From: Pseudobdellovibrionaceae bacterium
GTDB taxonomy: Bacteria; Bdellovibrionota; Bdellovibrionia; Bdellovibrionales; Bdellovibrionaceae
NCBI GenBank assembly: GCA_039810425.1
Contig: JBDHWW010000023.1
Location: 1 to 52,103 of the forward strand
Direction: 5' to 3'
Length of the DNA: 52,103 nt
The translations under genes were made by a program, and so were the position numbers. Positions 27,101-36,396 of this stretch are shown piece after piece; within the stretch, counting starts at the first letter, position 1, and every line of letters starts with the position of its first letter. The notes under the pieces are model-generated. The model was given only the letters and a program-made list of their open reading frames with translations. It had not been told where the DNA came from and did not search any database.

Positions 27101-29869
27101 AGTGGTCCACTCCAAAAGATGTTTATGGCTCACCGTCAGCCGGTACAGAGTTCTAAAGATTGCATCCAGATTCATCCACGCGTGATAGGGTAAAAGCAAA
27201 AGTTGAAGCATCGCCCGCTGCGCGCCCTTTGTGAGGTCGTCTAAACTGAACTGAAGATGCTCTTTGAAATGCACGCTGCGCTTTTTGCTCCAGATATCGG
27301 CAATAAAAGTAATCAGGACGGGCACAAAAAGAGATCCTAGGGAGAAGCCCGCCCAGATCCAGGCAACGGATAAAAAACTTGTCAGCGCAAATACCACCAA
27401 AAGAAAAACCGCCGGCGCGACAAGCGAGCGGCGGAGGTTGTCGATCATTTTCCAGCGGCTGAGGGCTGAAATAGATGAGCCGCCACGGCCTAAGATCCAT
27501 GGCAAAAGTTGCCAGTCGCCGCGCACCCAGCGATGGCTGCGAAGCGCTGCGACCATAGTGTGTGCCGGGAATTCTTCGAAAAACTCAACGTCACTGAGAA
27601 ACCCCGCGCGGGCATAGCTTCCTTCAAAAAGATCGTGACTGAGGAGGGAGTTCTCAGGAATACGCCCCCTCAGCGCTTGATCAAAGACGCGAAGATTGTA
27701 AATGCCTTTTCCGGTGAACGAGCCTTCATCAAAAAGATCCTGATACACATCAGAAACGGCCGAAGCATAGGGGTCGACCCCAGAGGGTCCAGACGAGAAA
27801 ACCTGAAACAGAGAGCCTTCATGCAGACCAGGGAGTGTCGGTGTAATCCGCGGCTGCAATATGCCGTAGCCTTCCGTCACCCGTTGTTTTTCGCGGTCGT
27901 AGCGGGCTTCGTTCAAAGGATGCATCATTGTTCCGACCAACTGAGCTACACAGCCCTTCGGAAGACGCGTATCCGCATCAAGAGTAATCACATAGCGAAT
28001 ATTTTCCGGGATTTGCTGAGGATAGTCCGGGAGGGGAATAAATGTCGTGTCTGATTCCCCGAGCAAAAGACGATTGAATTCGCAGAGTTTTCCGCGCTTT
28101 CGTTCCCAGGCAATCCACTTTTCTTCGCTTTCGTTATAAAGACGGCGGCGGTGAAAGAGAAAGAATCTCGTGCCGCTTCCGGGGACGGGGCCATATTTCT
28201 CATTCAGTTTTTTAAGCCCTTTTGTCGCATATTCCAAAAGCGGCAGGTCCGTTGGCGTGCTCTGGCTGGTGGCATCCCCCCAGTCGGAAAGAATGGCATA
28301 GTGCAAGAATCCCGCCGGATTCGCAAGATAGTGAATCTCCAACTGTTCAAGCTGCGTATCAATTCCCCGGCGGGAAGATAGAAATGTCGGCACGACAACA
28401 AAGGTTTTTCCTTCTGCGGGAATGCCGTCTTCAAGATTTAAGCGCGGCAGGTGTGTCGGGCCTAAAAGAGCCACGGTCAGGCGATTGAGGATACTCATCC
28501 CCACTTCGGAAGCAACCACGCCTCCTAAAAGGACGAACGTCAGGATTTGCCACTGGCTCAGAGCGCTTGTGTGGGTGGCAGAGAGGGGGGCGAGTAACAA
28601 CAACAAGGTCACAGCGGCAAGGCCGCCAAGATAGAGTTCTAGTGCGCTCCGGGTATAAGCACGCGCCAGTTTTTCACGGAACGTCGGGCGAAAAGCAATG
28701 CGTTTTTCAAGCTCCCGGCGCCCTTGGGAAATCAGGTAAAAGCCCAGTTCACTTTTGCGCGGATCGGTTTGGTTTGCAGGAGCCTGGGTGATTTCCAGAA
28801 GTGTTTGCGAAATCTCAATTTGCGTGAGCGGCGAATGACGGTGCAGATGTTCAAGGACGTGGCGATAGCGGTCACGGGTGGCAAAATCCAGCCCGGGATA
28901 AAGGGGATGCCGGCGTAAGAGTTGATCAACGAGAGAGACTTCTTCAAAAAAGGCCTGCCAGTTGTAGGCTGAGATCCAGCGGCAACTGGTAATAATATTC
29001 CGGACCGTGCTATTGGCGGCGGCCTGGGCGCCATGCTCCAGCGCCGCGGCTTGGTCGGCGTTCAGTTGGCAGGTGCTGAGTTTGCGGTCATTCCAGTTTA
29101 AAATCGGATCAACCTGTGAATCCTGAAAACGCAAACGCTGTAAAAGCTGAACCGCGAACCACACCGAAAAGTTGATTTGCTCAAGGCTCTCAATGATGTC
29201 TTCATTTGTGCGCGCGGGGGCCTCGCCGAGACCCAACACTTCATCTGCAATACGATCGGCGGCTTTGCGCGCGGTTTGTGAACCGACGATCCGCACGGCA
29301 AGACGGCGCAGGTTTTCGATCATCACCACTCGCAAGGTGATAGGCACGGCCCAGAGCTCGCCAATCGTCAGGGGTTGTGTGGTTTGATACGCCAGCAAGA
29401 ACCGACGGAGGGCTTCCGGTTCAAAGTGGCTATCGGTGTGGCTCACATAGTGCCACATGATTGCGTAAACCCGCGGGAGTCCTTGGTGCTGGCCTTCGGC
29501 GAGCTTTGGCAGCTCTCGGTAATATTCCGGTGGAAGATGATCGTTAATATCTTTCAACTGGGCCCGGACGATGTGAAAATTATCAATGAGCCATTCCGCG
29601 GCGGGGGTGATGGCCTGCCACTCGTCGACGGCTTGGACAACCTGCTCGTAGGATTTTTCCAAGACGAGGCTATTTTCATAAATGCGTTGGGCGAGATTCA
29701 AGCCGCGCCGGGGGGCTTTGAGGAGTTTGTGGGATTCGGCGAGAGAGGCTGCCTGGGATTCAAGGCGGCTTATGCTAAACACTTCACTGCGAACAGGATC
29801 TTCGAAGTGGCTGAATTGTTTTTTCAGAAACTGGCTCTTGCGAAAATGGCGACGGAAATACTCCTTCAA
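21101..29869 (-). CDS. ndvB: Cyclic beta-1,2-glucan synthase (Cgs/NdvB/ChvB type; GT84 + glucoamylase-like cyclisation domain + GH94)
   Basis: 2922 aa; WERKRGKL, ITLDADT, LLSHDLFEG, RxxRWVRGDWQ (GT84), TM segments, SWSGSMFEYLMP/PWGISES/YMAHHQGM, FGFRDQLQD/GDWNDGMN/RENGGQYTH/WYTGSAGW (GH94); TTG start. Confidence 0.92.
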   Translation of the reverse strand: MKEYFRRHFRKSQFLKKQFSHFEDPVRSEVFSISRLESQAASLAESHKLLKAPRRGLNLAQRIYENSLVLEKSYEQVVQAVDEWQAITPAAEWLIDNFHIVRAQLKDINDHLPPEYYRELPKLAEGQHQGLPRVYAIMWHYVSHTDSHFEPEALRRFLLAYQTTQPLTIGELWAVPITLRVVMIENLRRLAVRIVGSQTARKAADRIADEVLGLGEAPARTNEDIIESLEQINFSVWFAVQLLQRLRFQDSQVDPILNWNDRKLSTCQLNADQAAALEHGAQAAANSTVRNIITSCRWISAYNWQAFFEEVSLVDQLLRRHPLYPGLDFATRDRYRHVLEHLHRHSPLTQIEISQTLLEITQAPANQTDPRKSELGFYLISQGRRELEKRIAFRPTFREKLARAYTRSALELYLGGLAAVTLLLLLAPLSATHTSALSQWQILTFVLLGGVVASEVGMSILNRLTVALLGPTHLPRLNLEDGIPAEGKTFVVVPTFLSSRRGIDTQLEQLEIHYLANPAGFLHYAILSDWGDATSQSTPTDLPLLEYATKGLKKLNEKYGPVPGSGTRFFLFHRRRLYNESEEKWIAWERKRGKLCEFNRLLLGESDTTFIPLPDYPQQIPENIRYVITLDADTRLPKGCVAQLVGTMMHPLNEARYDREKQRVTEGYGILQPRITPTLPGLHEGSLFQVFSSGPSGVDPYASAVSDVYQDLFDEGSFTGKGIYNLRVFDQALRGRIPENSLLSHDLFEGSYARAGFLSDVEFFEEFPAHTMVAALRSHRWVRGDWQLLPWILGRGGSSISALSRWKMIDNLRRSLVAPAVFLLVVFALTSFLSVAWIWAGFSLGSLFVPVLITFIADIWSKKRSVHFKEHLQFSLDDLTKGAQRAMLQLLLLPYHAWMNLDAIFRTLYRLTVSHKHLLEWTTAAQVKSNADLRLRSFFIGMRGGLFLTFSAVVVVASTKPFQMVLATVLFFVWLLSPFYAQAVSRPFAEEERNPVDSAGREALYLAARQIWHFFATFVTAEDHFLPPDNFQEEPQPVVAHRSSPTNFGLYLLSVISAKMFGWIGLSDAVHRLDRTLESLERLPKHHGHFYNWYETTSLRPLDPKYISAVDSGNLAGHLIAVARGLEEMLTHPMTASSLTLGPLESLRLFKQALHKKTKSKDLTLAEKNLITRTQNLEHGLLQASEKQLNDFTWRDLKAQASQLQQEAGQLYPAPAHQEIASWALNIHGDIINLAVDYHSLLAWTEYAVQPIAGPDEMQKSWKEIQKDLSKTTALEKIAGHGGQILERLESFKALHAPLPPEAAETMEQLTECLKSSIHAAQTLSGKIKHAQKISYSLFKNMNFSVLFDKNRKLFSIGLRVFENALDVSYYDLLASESRLLSFIAIAKGDVPAGHWFCLGRSLAQVENGSALISWSGSMFEYLMPSLVMNTPEGSLIKNTCDLVIQRQVSYGQEKGVPWGISESAYNKRDLHMTYQYSNFGIPDLALKRGLGANLVIAPYATLLAAMYDPAEAAANLRRLQSLGANGPYGFYEAIDYTSSRLPTGQRFSIVKAYMAHHQGMSLVSLTNYFFDNYMCRLFHAEPLVQATEILLQERTPRAVGVIPAAGDHNHAIVRAEIATVSRRYHSTDRPTPRTQLLSNGNYSIMLTSAGSGFSRFQNFAVTRWREDVTQDHWGSYLFIRDRDKNLTWSATYQPLGQAAESYEVTFAEDRVLFERQEDEIHSKLEILISPESNAEIRHLTLTNESDAPRELEVTSYSEIVLNTQAADVAHPAFSNLFMETDYVAEHQALMARRRPRSGNETELWAAHILSLQNPTNFETEYETDRMKFLGRGRDIRNARALKTGEKLTQSVGAVLDPVFSLRTRVHLEPGASTTLQFTTAVAPSRDEILRLAESYHETGSYERVSSLAWAQAQVKMHYLNIEPDEAHLYQRLASRLFYLDSSLRPSSSILKHNKRDLTQLWAHGISGDFPIILVRVEEQEDRTIIRQLLKAQESFAMKCFTVDLVIMNGKEHSYGQELQQMLEAMVHTPPPPAAVPQSRGKVFILREDLLTREDRLALYTEARVVLFASQGSLSEQVNRTLHPLSPPAEGREFQCHDKAPPLETPELEYFNGVGGFTPDGREYVIVFKNENDVTPAPWINVISNGKFGFQVSESGSGYTWAMNSRENQITPWSNDPVSDPCGESFYLFDLDSRCLWSPTALPIRVKDATYIARHGQGYSRFEHFSHGIHSTLTQFVPMDLPVKISEIRLENRSSQWRRLSIYAYVEWLLGFSRATMAPTTVTEMDSDTGAMFAFNARHNEYGTRIAFAGFLNHKQTMTGDRREFIGRNSSLRRPLGILRSEQLSNRTGAAFDPCGAFQTDIVIGPGAAVKIPFILGQAASREEARETILELRNQFTENILAKVIAQWNDWLDKVQVETPDKSFDLLLNRWLLYQNISCRYWARAGFYQAGGAFGFRDQLQDVMALTISMPETAREHILRASSRQFLEGDVQHWWHPPLGRGVRTHFSDDLLWLAFATFHYLQVTKDFSILDQETSFLEGPLLTQEQEDSYFTPAISQESASLFEHCARALDRSLKTGAQGLPLMGSGDWNDGMNRVGKDGKGESIWLGWFLHQNLIQFAAIAEARGETPRAQNWRNHAAQLKIALEDKGWDGDWYRRAYYDDGTPLGSIQNQECQIDSLAQTWAVISEAAEPSRARHAMQALEKYLVNKDARIIQLFTPAFDKTDHDPGYIKGYLPGVRENGGQYTHAAAWVIIAYALLGNGAKAHEMFQLINPILHGDSPEQVARYKIEPYVVAGDVYSQKQHLGRGGWSWYTGSAGWLYRAGLEYMLGLRLRGEELSLDPHIPPQWKSFRIRYRHKTATYNILVENPAGVSRGGPAIVLDGKTLAVGQPIPLADDGKNHSIQILLGSEIPPERTSPLNH

Positions 29870-30079
29870 AATAGCCCTTTCTCAAACGCTATGCAGACGT
29901 TTAAAAGGGAATCGTATTTCACTATGTATTTGGGTCAATTTGGGCCCGTCTCTTTGTGGTAAAACACAGGCTCATTGGTATTTTTTATTTTGTTTCGGTG
30001 ACGGAAATTTCTTGTCTGCGGGGTTGCTGGGATTGGGCCCCCTTATCAACATTTAAAGGAGCCAGTGTTCATGTGTTAA

Positions 30080-30125
30080 GACCAAAAAGGGCGATCCTTT
30101 TCGGACCGCCCTTTTTGGTCTTTTC
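30080..30125. terminator. Intrinsic terminator downstream of maeB
   Basis: GACCAAAAAGGGCG...CGCCCTTTTTGGTC inverted repeat. Confidence 0.8.
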
Positions 30126-30139
30126 TCCTATTAAGAAAA

Positions 30140-32467
30140 CTAATTTTTCTTTTTCAAAGCGTCTTTGATGAATTGCGCTTCAAGTGTTGTCAGTACCACG
30201 GAGTTGATGATGCCATCAACCGTTGTTGTTCTTTGCAGAACGTTCGCGCTTCTTCTGACGCCCATGAGGAAGGGGCCGATCACTTCCACCTTGCCGATTT
30301 GCTGCAGAAGTTTGTAGCAGATATTGCTGGACTCAAGATTTGGGAAGATCAAAATATTGGCGCCGGCATCTTTCAGATTCGAGAAGGGGAAGATCCTCTG
30401 CATGATATCCGCATTGACGGCGGTATCCGCCTGCATGTCCCCATCCACCGGCAGGTCCGGGCGGTACGCCGCCACCAACTCAGCCGCCTTCTTCATTTTT
30501 GCCGGAGTGCCGGCATCACCGGAGAAGTTTGAGTAGCTGAGCATGGCGATACGAGGAGCGACACCAAAGTATTCAGAAATGCGTGCGGCTTGCAAGGCAA
30601 TCAGCGCGCATTGCTCGGCCGTTGGATTGATATTCACCGTGGTGTCCGCGAGCAACAAGAAACGGTCTTCCAGTAACACGATATTTAAACCTGCCGGCAC
30701 GGATTCTTTCGACACGCCGATGGTTTGCAAGATCGGGCGAACAGACTCCGCGTAGTGCTGGGCTGCGCCCGTGACCATGCCGTCAGCATCACCCATTTGC
30801 ACCATCATCGATGCAAAATAGTTAGGATCCGCCATCAGACGTTCGGCCTCGCGGTGGTTGACGCCTTTACGGTTGCGACGGTTGTAAAGTCCCATGGCGT
30901 AAGTTTTGTATTTTGCGTGAGTCGCTGGATGGATGATTTGAATGTGCTTCAATGAATCCGTGAGATCCATGTTGTGCATTTTTTCTCTAATTCGCTCGGG
31001 GTAACCCAACAAGATCGGTTCACAGATGCGTTCTTCCACCAAGGTGCGGAGTGCTTTTAAAATTTTAGTGCTATGGCCTTCCGGAAAAACAATTTTCGGT
31101 AAAATGCCGTTGTTGGCCTCTACGTTCTGGCGGACCTTATGGATTGCGGAGCGGATGAAAACTTTTGAAGGGCCTTGAATGCCCTCAAGCCTGTCGCGAT
31201 ACTTATCCCAGTCCGTGATTTGTTTTGTCGCCACGCCGGAGTCCATCGCCGCCTTGGCGACCGCAGGCGCCACCATCAAAAGAACCCGTGGATCGAAAGG
31301 CTTTGGAATCAAATAGTCACGGCCGAACTTAAAGCTCTGGCCGCCGTAAGAGTCCGACACGCGCTCAGGAACGTCCTCCCGTGCCAGCATCGCCAGCGCA
31401 TGAACCGCGGCGAGTTTCATTTCCTCGGTGATTTGTGTTGAGCGGGTGTCCAAAGCGCCTCGGAAAATACTTGGGAAGCCGAGAACGTTATTCACTTGAT
31501 TCGGGAAGTCCGAACGGCCAGTTGCAACGATTGCATCAGGACGGATCGCGCGGGCCTTTCCAGGCTCGATCTCCGGATCTGGATTTGCCATCGCAAAGAT
31601 GATGGGATCCTTCGCCATTTCTTTGAGCATATCAGGTGTCAATGCGCCGGCCGCAGAAAGGCCGACAAACACATCGGCACCACGAAGGGCTTCTTGCAAA
31701 TTGCGGGCTTCCGTTGCGACCGCAAACGTTTCTTTGTATTTATTCATGCCGTTCGTACGGCCTTTGTAAATCGCTCCCGAGGTGTCGCACATAATGAGAT
31801 TTTCACGGCGAACACCGAGGGAAATAAAAATATTCGAACAAGCAATTGCCGAGGCTCCCGCGCCATTGACGACCAAACGAACATCTTCGATTTTGCGTTT
31901 GGTAACGTGGAGGGCGTTTAAAAGAGCCGCTCCCGAAACAATCGCGGTTCCGTGCTGGTCGTCGTGGAAGACGGGAATGTTCATCTCTTTTTTCAGCGTT
32001 TCTTCAATTTCAAAACACTCCGGGGCCTTGATGTCCTCAAGGTTGATTCCGCCGAACGTGGGTTCAAGCGCCTTGACCGCGGCAATCACTTCCGCCGGCG
32101 TGGTGGCTTTGAGCTCGATATCGAAAACGTCGATGCCGGCGAATTGTTTAAACAGAATGCCTTTGCCTTCCATCACGGGCTTTGACGCCAAAGGGCCGAT
32201 GTTGCCGAGACCTAAAACCGCGGTTCCGTTTGAAACCACGGCAACGAGATTCCCTTTGCTCGTATAGTCGTAGGCTTTCGCGGAATCCTTTGCAATCACC
32301 TTGCAGGGCACTGCGACGCCTGGCGAGTAGGCAAGAGAGAGGGCTTTTTCAGTGTTGCAAGGCTTGCTTGAGGTGATTTCAATTTTTCCTGGTTTACCCT
32401 TGGTGTGATAATCGAGGGCTTCTTGTTCCAACGTGGTCAATGTCTGACCGCTAAGCTTTTCGCTCAT
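30140..32467 (-). CDS. maeB: NADP-dependent malic enzyme with PTA-like regulatory domain
   Basis: LSLAYSPGVA, GTAVLGLGNIG, KPVMEGK, NLEDIKAPECF, FHDDQHGTAIV, ATGRSDFPNQVNN; C-terminal IVFPEG...AMLSYSNF...DGDMQAD. Confidence 0.97.
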   Translation of the reverse strand: MSEKLSGQTLTTLEQEALDYHTKGKPGKIEITSSKPCNTEKALSLAYSPGVAVPCKVIAKDSAKAYDYTSKGNLVAVVSNGTAVLGLGNIGPLASKPVMEGKGILFKQFAGIDVFDIELKATTPAEVIAAVKALEPTFGGINLEDIKAPECFEIEETLKKEMNIPVFHDDQHGTAIVSGAALLNALHVTKRKIEDVRLVVNGAGASAIACSNIFISLGVRRENLIMCDTSGAIYKGRTNGMNKYKETFAVATEARNLQEALRGADVFVGLSAAGALTPDMLKEMAKDPIIFAMANPDPEIEPGKARAIRPDAIVATGRSDFPNQVNNVLGFPSIFRGALDTRSTQITEEMKLAAVHALAMLAREDVPERVSDSYGGQSFKFGRDYLIPKPFDPRVLLMVAPAVAKAAMDSGVATKQITDWDKYRDRLEGIQGPSKVFIRSAIHKVRQNVEANNGILPKIVFPEGHSTKILKALRTLVEERICEPILLGYPERIREKMHNMDLTDSLKHIQIIHPATHAKYKTYAMGLYNRRNRKGVNHREAERLMADPNYFASMMVQMGDADGMVTGAAQHYAESVRPILQTIGVSKESVPAGLNIVLLEDRFLLLADTTVNINPTAEQCALIALQAARISEYFGVAPRIAMLSYSNFSGDAGTPAKMKKAAELVAAYRPDLPVDGDMQADTAVNADIMQRIFPFSNLKDAGANILIFPNLESSNICYKLLQQIGKVEVIGPFLMGVRRSANVLQRTTTVDGIINSVVLTTLEAQFIKDALKKKN

Positions 32468-32742
32468 TGTGACTCCTCAAAAGTCTTTTTAGAGAGACGG
32501 CCTTCAGGCTCACATGAAATTGCTTACAAATCCGGCACTTTCTCTCAATGTAAAACGAGACAACAATGTACAAAGGTCTGTAGTGAGGGTCAATGAATGG
32601 GCGGCCCGGCAGGCGCAATGCTGCAATGAGGAAAATTCATAATTTCAGCATTTAAAAGAGCTTGGAGGGGAGGTGAAAAATCTGTAAGATTTTAGCTACT
32701 TAAATAAATCTATCACTCGTGACACACAAGGAAGGTGTAAGA

Positions 32743-34089
32743 ATGAGTTTGCAGAAAAACCCACGGGACGTGGTCATTGTTGAGGGCGTGAGAACTCCTT
32801 TCGCTAAATCGGGAACAAAATTCAAGTCTCTCCATCCTGCGGAGCTCGGCAAAGTGGCTCTGAAAGAGTTGATCGCGAGAAGCAATTTGGATGTGAATAC
32901 TATTGATGAAGTGATCATCGGTAACACCGGAAATCCCGTCGACGCCGTGAATATTTCGCGCGTTGTGGCTTTGAATGCGGGCGTGCCGCTGAAGACCTCC
33001 GCGTACACGGTTCACAGGAACTGTGCCTCTGCGCTTGAAAGCATCTCGAATGGTTACGAGAAAATTAAATCCGGCACGATGGATGTTGTGGTCGCCGGTG
33101 GGGTCGAGAACATGTCGCAAATGCCGACCTTGTTGCCGCCAAAAATCCAAAGTCTGTTTGATAAGCTGTTCGCCGCCAAAGGCCCGGGGCAAGCGTTGCC
33201 TCTTCTGTGGAAGCTCTTCAAGGCCGATGTGAAGCAGCTAAAAGCCCTGCTTCAAGGCAATATGCGTGATGAATACTTTCCGGTGATTTCTGTGATGCAA
33301 GGTCTGACAGATCCATTTGTCGGCATTAACATGGGCCAGACGGCGGAGATCCTGGCGAAGGAGTGGGGGCTTTCTCGGCAAATGCAGGATGAGTTTGCCC
33401 TGCGGTCCCATAAACTGGCTTCGGGAAACAAAGCAAAATTGGCTGAAGAGATTTCGCCGGTTTTCTTGCCTCCTGAATACAAAGAAGTGGTCGGCGAAGA
33501 TATCGGCCCGCGCGAAACCCAGACGATGGAAGCTTTGGCAAAGCTAAGGCCGTTCTTTGACAAACAAACAGGAACCATCACTGCCGGAAACTCATGCCCA
33601 ATCACAGATGGCGCGGCGATGGTGCTTTTGATGTCCCGGGAAAGGGCAGAGAGCCTTGGTTACAAGCCGGTTGCCAGAATCCTGTCTTACGGCTTTGCGG
33701 GACTGGAGCCTGAGCGCATGGGGCTTGGACCTGCGTACGCGACCCCCCTGGCGCTCAAACGGGCAAGGCTCAATCTGAAAGACATGGGCCTTGTTGAATT
33801 GAATGAAGCGTTCGCGGCGCAAGTTTTGGCCTGCGTGAAAGCCATGGATTCTGACAAATTCGCTCAGGAAAAGCTCGGCCTTTCCCAAAAAATAGGCGAG
33901 ATTAACATGGACTGCTTGAATGTGAACGGCGGCGCGATTGCTTTGGGCCATCCCGTGGGGGCCACCGGTACGCGTCTGGTGCTCACGCTCATGAAAGAAA
34001 TGAAGCGAAGGGACGTTCAGTATGGCCTTGCCACTTTGTGTATTGGCGGCGGTCAAGGTGGGTCAATGATTCTTGAGAGAGAAGGATAA
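32743..34089 (+). CDS. fadI: Acetyl-CoA C-acyltransferase (thiolase, FadI/FadA)
   Basis: RTPF, NCASA, TAGNSCPITDGA, NEAFA, NGGAIALGHPVGATG, CIGGGQG; directly upstream of a fadJ-like gene. Confidence 0.9.
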   Translation: MSLQKNPRDVVIVEGVRTPFAKSGTKFKSLHPAELGKVALKELIARSNLDVNTIDEVIIGNTGNPVDAVNISRVVALNAGVPLKTSAYTVHRNCASALESISNGYEKIKSGTMDVVVAGGVENMSQMPTLLPPKIQSLFDKLFAAKGPGQALPLLWKLFKADVKQLKALLQGNMRDEYFPVISVMQGLTDPFVGINMGQTAEILAKEWGLSRQMQDEFALRSHKLASGNKAKLAEEISPVFLPPEYKEVVGEDIGPRETQTMEALAKLRPFFDKQTGTITAGNSCPITDGAAMVLLMSRERAESLGYKPVARILSYGFAGLEPERMGLGPAYATPLALKRARLNLKDMGLVELNEAFAAQVLACVKAMDSDKFAQEKLGLSQKIGEINMDCLNVNGGAIALGHPVGATGTRLVLTLMKEMKRRDVQYGLATLCIGGGQGGSMILEREG

Positions 34090-34095
34090 GACATC

Positions 34096-36252
34096 ATGAG
34101 TATGCAAGACAGTATCAGAATTGTTCCCCAGGGTGATATCGCAGTCGTAGAGTTGGATCTTGCGGGTGAAAAGGTGAATAAATTCTCAACCCCGGTGATG
34201 GGGCGGATGAAAGAAGTCGTCGCGGAACTTGGCAAGTCTTCCTACAAGGCGGTGATCTTTGTTTCTAAAAAGAACAAGATCTTCATCGCGGGGGCCGACA
34301 TTGAAGAAATTAAAAACATGACGACGAAAGAGCAATACGAAGCGGCCGTGGGCGGGGGTCAAGAGATCATGAATATGATCGAAGACCTTCCGATGCCGAC
34401 GATGGCGGCGGTGAACGGGGCCTGTATGGGCGGAGGTTGCGAATTTATTCTTGCGTGTGATTATAGAATCGCGTCTGAAGATCCCTCCACAAAGATCGGC
34501 CTTCCGGAAATCCAATTGGGCATTTTGCCGGGCTTTGGTGGTTGTGTGCGCATGCCGAAACTTTTGGGTCTTCAGGCGTCCTTGGATATCATTCTTGCCG
34601 GTAAATCTGTGAACGCGAAGAAAGCGTCTAAGATTGGCCTTGTCGACCGTGTGGTGCACCCGGCAATCTTGATGGAAGAAGCGGTGAAATGGGCGAAGGA
34701 GATTATTGCCAAAGGGGAAGGTAAAGCGAATAAGAAGTATCATCCGAAAGGGGCGATGAACAACGTTCTTGAGAGCTTCCTTGGCCGTGGCCTGGTTTTC
34801 AAAAAAGCCAAAGAAGGCGTGATGAAAGCAACCAGTGGTCACTACCCCGCGCCGCTCAAAGCTCTGGAGGTGATCCAAAGCACTTACGGCTGGAGTGATC
34901 GCTCTGAAGCGCTGGCGGTGGAACGTGCCGGGTTCTGTGAATTGGCAGTGACTGACATCAGCAAAAACTTGATCCATGTGTTCTACTTGACGGAGATGGT
35001 GAAAAAATCATCAGGTGTTCCAGGCAAAGAGGCGAAGGGGCGTGACGTCAAATCTATCGGTGTTTTGGGGGCAGGAACCATGGGGGGCGGTATCGCTTAC
35101 GTCGCTGCTGACAAAGGCATTGATGTTCGCATGAAAGATCTCAATGCCGAAGCTCTCGGCAAGGGCTTGAAACATGCGAGTGATTTGTGGATGAAACTAC
35201 TAAAGCGTAAATCCATCGACAAGTATCAATATCGTCAGAAAATGGATCGTGTGACGGCGACGACGGATTACTCTGGTTTCGGTATGTTGGATGTTGTTGT
35301 TGAAGCGATTGTTGAAGATATGGGGATCAAGCAGAAAGTCATCGGCGAGTGTGCGACGAAGATGCGCCCGGATGCGATTATCGCCACGAACACCAGTTCG
35401 CTCAGTGTGACTGAAATGGCCAAAGGCCATCCACGTCCTGAGTATTTTGCCGGTATGCACTTCTTCAATCCGGTGAACAAGATGCCGTTGATTGAAGTCA
35501 TTCGCGGCGATAAGTCCAGCGATGAAACGGTTGCTACAATTTTTGAATTGTCGAAGAAAATGGGGAAGATGCCGGTCGTAGTTAAAGACGGACCTGGATT
35601 TTTGGTCAATCGCTTGTTGTTGCCATATATGGCAGAAGCCGCGTTCCTCTTGCAGGAAGGCATGGAAATCAAAACCGTGGATACGGCTTATGTCAAAGAA
35701 TTCGGTATGCCGATGGGGCCGTTTGCCTTGATGGACGAAGTGGGTCTGGACGTTTGTATTAAAGTCTTGAAGATCTTTAAGAAAGCATTCGGGGATCGCG
35801 TCGAGATGGCGCCTTGCATGGAGGCACTTGAGAAGAGTGGTCGATTGGGCAAAAAGAACGGTAAAGGCTTCTATAAGTACTCGGAAGATGGCAGCAAGCG
35901 CTTGGAAGTCGACGAAACAATCTATGAATCCTTGGGCCTAAAAGCTCCCACGAGTCCACTGGGTTCGAAAGAGTGTATTGAGCGCGGTGTCTTTGCCATG
36001 GTGAACGAGTGTTCACGGGCCCTGATCGAAGACCGTATTGTTGAAACCCCGCACGAGGTGGATTTGGCAATGATCATGGGGACGGGGTTCCCGCCTTTCC
36101 GCGGGGGCTTGTTAAAGTATGCCGACAGCATTGGTTTGACTTACATCGAGACCCAATTGGCCGAGTACGCGGTGCAGAGAAATGCCGCTAGACTCCGGCC
36201 TGCAAATCCATTAAAGGACTTGGCGAAAGCAAATAAAAAGTTTTATACTTGA
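34096..36252 (+). CDS. fadJ: Fatty-acid oxidation multifunctional alpha subunit (enoyl-CoA hydratase/3-hydroxyacyl-CoA dehydrogenase)
   Basis: FIAGADI, GGGCE, GLPEIQLGILPGFGG; GAGTMGGGI, ATNTSSL, GMHFFNPV, PGFLVNR, GFPPFRGG. Confidence 0.92.
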   Translation: MSMQDSIRIVPQGDIAVVELDLAGEKVNKFSTPVMGRMKEVVAELGKSSYKAVIFVSKKNKIFIAGADIEEIKNMTTKEQYEAAVGGGQEIMNMIEDLPMPTMAAVNGACMGGGCEFILACDYRIASEDPSTKIGLPEIQLGILPGFGGCVRMPKLLGLQASLDIILAGKSVNAKKASKIGLVDRVVHPAILMEEAVKWAKEIIAKGEGKANKKYHPKGAMNNVLESFLGRGLVFKKAKEGVMKATSGHYPAPLKALEVIQSTYGWSDRSEALAVERAGFCELAVTDISKNLIHVFYLTEMVKKSSGVPGKEAKGRDVKSIGVLGAGTMGGGIAYVAADKGIDVRMKDLNAEALGKGLKHASDLWMKLLKRKSIDKYQYRQKMDRVTATTDYSGFGMLDVVVEAIVEDMGIKQKVIGECATKMRPDAIIATNTSSLSVTEMAKGHPRPEYFAGMHFFNPVNKMPLIEVIRGDKSSDETVATIFELSKKMGKMPVVVKDGPGFLVNRLLLPYMAEAAFLLQEGMEIKTVDTAYVKEFGMPMGPFALMDEVGLDVCIKVLKIFKKAFGDRVEMAPCMEALEKSGRLGKKNGKGFYKYSEDGSKRLEVDETIYESLGLKAPTSPLGSKECIERGVFAMVNECSRALIEDRIVETPHEVDLAMIMGTGFPPFRGGLLKYADSIGLTYIETQLAEYAVQRNAARLRPANPLKDLAKANKKFYT

Positions 36253-36289
36253 TTTGTGCCCGGATGAATCTTGTTGTTTACTTCGGAAG

Positions 36290-36317
36290 AGGGAGATTGA
36301 AAAATCTCCCTTTTTTT
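36290..36317 (+). terminator. Intrinsic terminator after fadJ
   Basis: AGGGAGATT-GAAA-AATCTCCCT followed by a T-run. Confidence 0.85.
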
Positions 36318-36396
36318 ATTCTCTGCTCTGGCGGTGCCCCGTGGGCACGGCTGAAACCGGGTGACAGGCCAGGGGATTTTTGGATAAAGTTCGTCC

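Noticed and set aside
21001..30168. Many alternative-frame and antisense ORFs (60-260 aa) over the glucan synthase and other long genes
   Set aside because: They are shadows of well-supported genes, with no recognisable motifs
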